Assembly: GCF_004010195.1 (NCBI RefSeq)
Contig: NC_057757.1
Span: forward strand, 9,839,154 to 9,872,779
Direction: 5' to 3'
DNA from: Chiloscyllium plagiosum
Taxonomy: Eukaryota
DNA length: 33,626 nucleotides
The position numbers were made by a program, and so were the translations under genes. This document shows, in pieces, positions 32,430-33,626 of the stretch. How positions within the stretch are numbered: the stretch's first letter is position 1; every line of letters starts with the position of its first letter. The notes under the pieces are model-generated. The model saw nothing but the letters and a program-made list of their open reading frames with translations, made no database searches and was not told the origin of the DNA.

Positions 32430-33410
32430 ATTTTTGCATGCATTTGGAAAAGCATGTCCTAATTAGGGACAGGCAGCGTGGCTTTGTGCAGGGCAGGTCA
32501 TATCTTACTAACTTGATTGACTTTTTCAAGGAGGTGATGAACGTGATCAATGAGGGTGGAGCAGTGGATGTTGTCTACATGGATTTTAGTCAGGCTTTCG
32601 ACAGGTGATGGTAGGCTCATCCAGAAGATTAAGATGCACGATATCCATGGTGACCTGGTCATGTGAATTCAGAATTGGCTTGCCCATAGAAGACAGAGGG
32701 TAGTGGTAGAGGTTGTTTTTCAGGCTGGAGGTCCCTGATGAGTGATATTCTGCAGAAATCCTTACTGGGACCTCTGCTGTTTGTTACATAAAGATTTGGA
32801 TGGGTGGGTTAGTAAATTTGTAGACAATACAAAGATCGGTGGAGTTGTAGATAGTGTTGAAAGTTGTCAAAGGATATAGCGGGAAATAGATCCGTTGTAT
32901 ATATAGGAGAAGAACTGGCAAATGGAGTTTAACACATGTAAGTGTGAGGTGCTGCATTTTGAAAGATTAAATGTTAAGGAAAAGTATACAGTTAATGGCA
33001 GGATTCTGAACAGCATCAATGTACAGAGGAATCTTGGGATCTCTGTCCATTGCTCCATGAAAGTGGTCATGCATGTAGATAGATGGTAAAACATTTATAT
33101 GGCATACTTTATTGGTTGGTGAATTGAGTACATGAGTTAGGATGTCATGTTGAAGCTTTATAAGACTTTGGTTAGGCCACATGTAAAGTATAGTATTTAA
33201 TTCTGATTGCCGTGTTACAGGAAGGCTGTGGATGCTTAAGAGAGGGTGCAGATGATGTTTACCAAGACACTGCCTGGGTTAGAGAGTATGAGCTATAAGG
33301 AGAGGCAAGAAAAACTCAACTTGTTTTCTCTAGAGTGGCAGAGGCTGAGGGAAAACTTGATAGAAGTGTGTAAAACTTGGAGATGCATAGATAGAGTTGA
33401 CAGTCAGAAC
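32430..33410 (+). mobile_element. Degenerate CR1 LINE RT region
   Basis: QRGFVQGRSYLTNLIDFF..VDVVYMDFSQAFD; WQMEFNTCKCEVLHF; LFSLEWQRLRENLIEV. Confidence 0.9.
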
Positions 33411-33626
33411 CATACAGAACCTCATCACCTCAGGAGATCTCCCACCCACAACTTCCAACCTCATAGTCCGGGAACCCCACACTGCCCGGTTCTACCTCCT
33501 TCCCAAGATCCATAAGCCTGACCACCCTGGCCGACCCCATTGTCTCAGCATGCTCCTGCCCCACTGAACTCATTTCTACCTACCTCGACACAGTCCTATC
33601 CCCCCAGTCCAGGAACTCCCCACATA
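33411..33626 (+). mobile_element. Penelope-like element RT fragment continuing beyond the window
   Basis: IQNLITSGDLP..TARFYLLPKIHKPDHPGRP/IVSACSCPTELISTYLD, the PLE RT YxLPKIHK..RPIV motif, with one frameshift. Confidence 0.9.

Overview
Eukaryotic, repeat-dominated genomic DNA. The repeat repertoire (HE1-like tRNA-derived SINEs, abundant CR1 LINEs, Penelope-like elements) points to a cartilaginous fish, probably a shark; this is inferred from repeat content only. Most of the window is decayed mobile DNA: a Gypsy pol remnant (1-1108), about a dozen CR1 LINE fragments, nine HE1-type SINE copies, a second SINE family, L2- and Rex1-like 3' ends, a Tigger-like MITE and at least ten Penelope-like (PLE) insertions. 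There are two assembly gaps. The best host-gene candidate is a putative terminal exon at ~1232-2215 (+), with a 203-codon open stretch ending ...TAFDHV*, a downstream AATAAA and a possible homopolymer frameshift. The most notable structure is a set of very short (80-180 bp) PLE-derived insertions: most have 13-16 bp target-site duplications, several have fold-back 5' ends, and several carry minimal type I hammerhead ribozyme motifs, including a head-to-head double hammerhead palindrome. Several local duplications and inversions are also visible. No intact autonomous element and no confidently named host gene were found.
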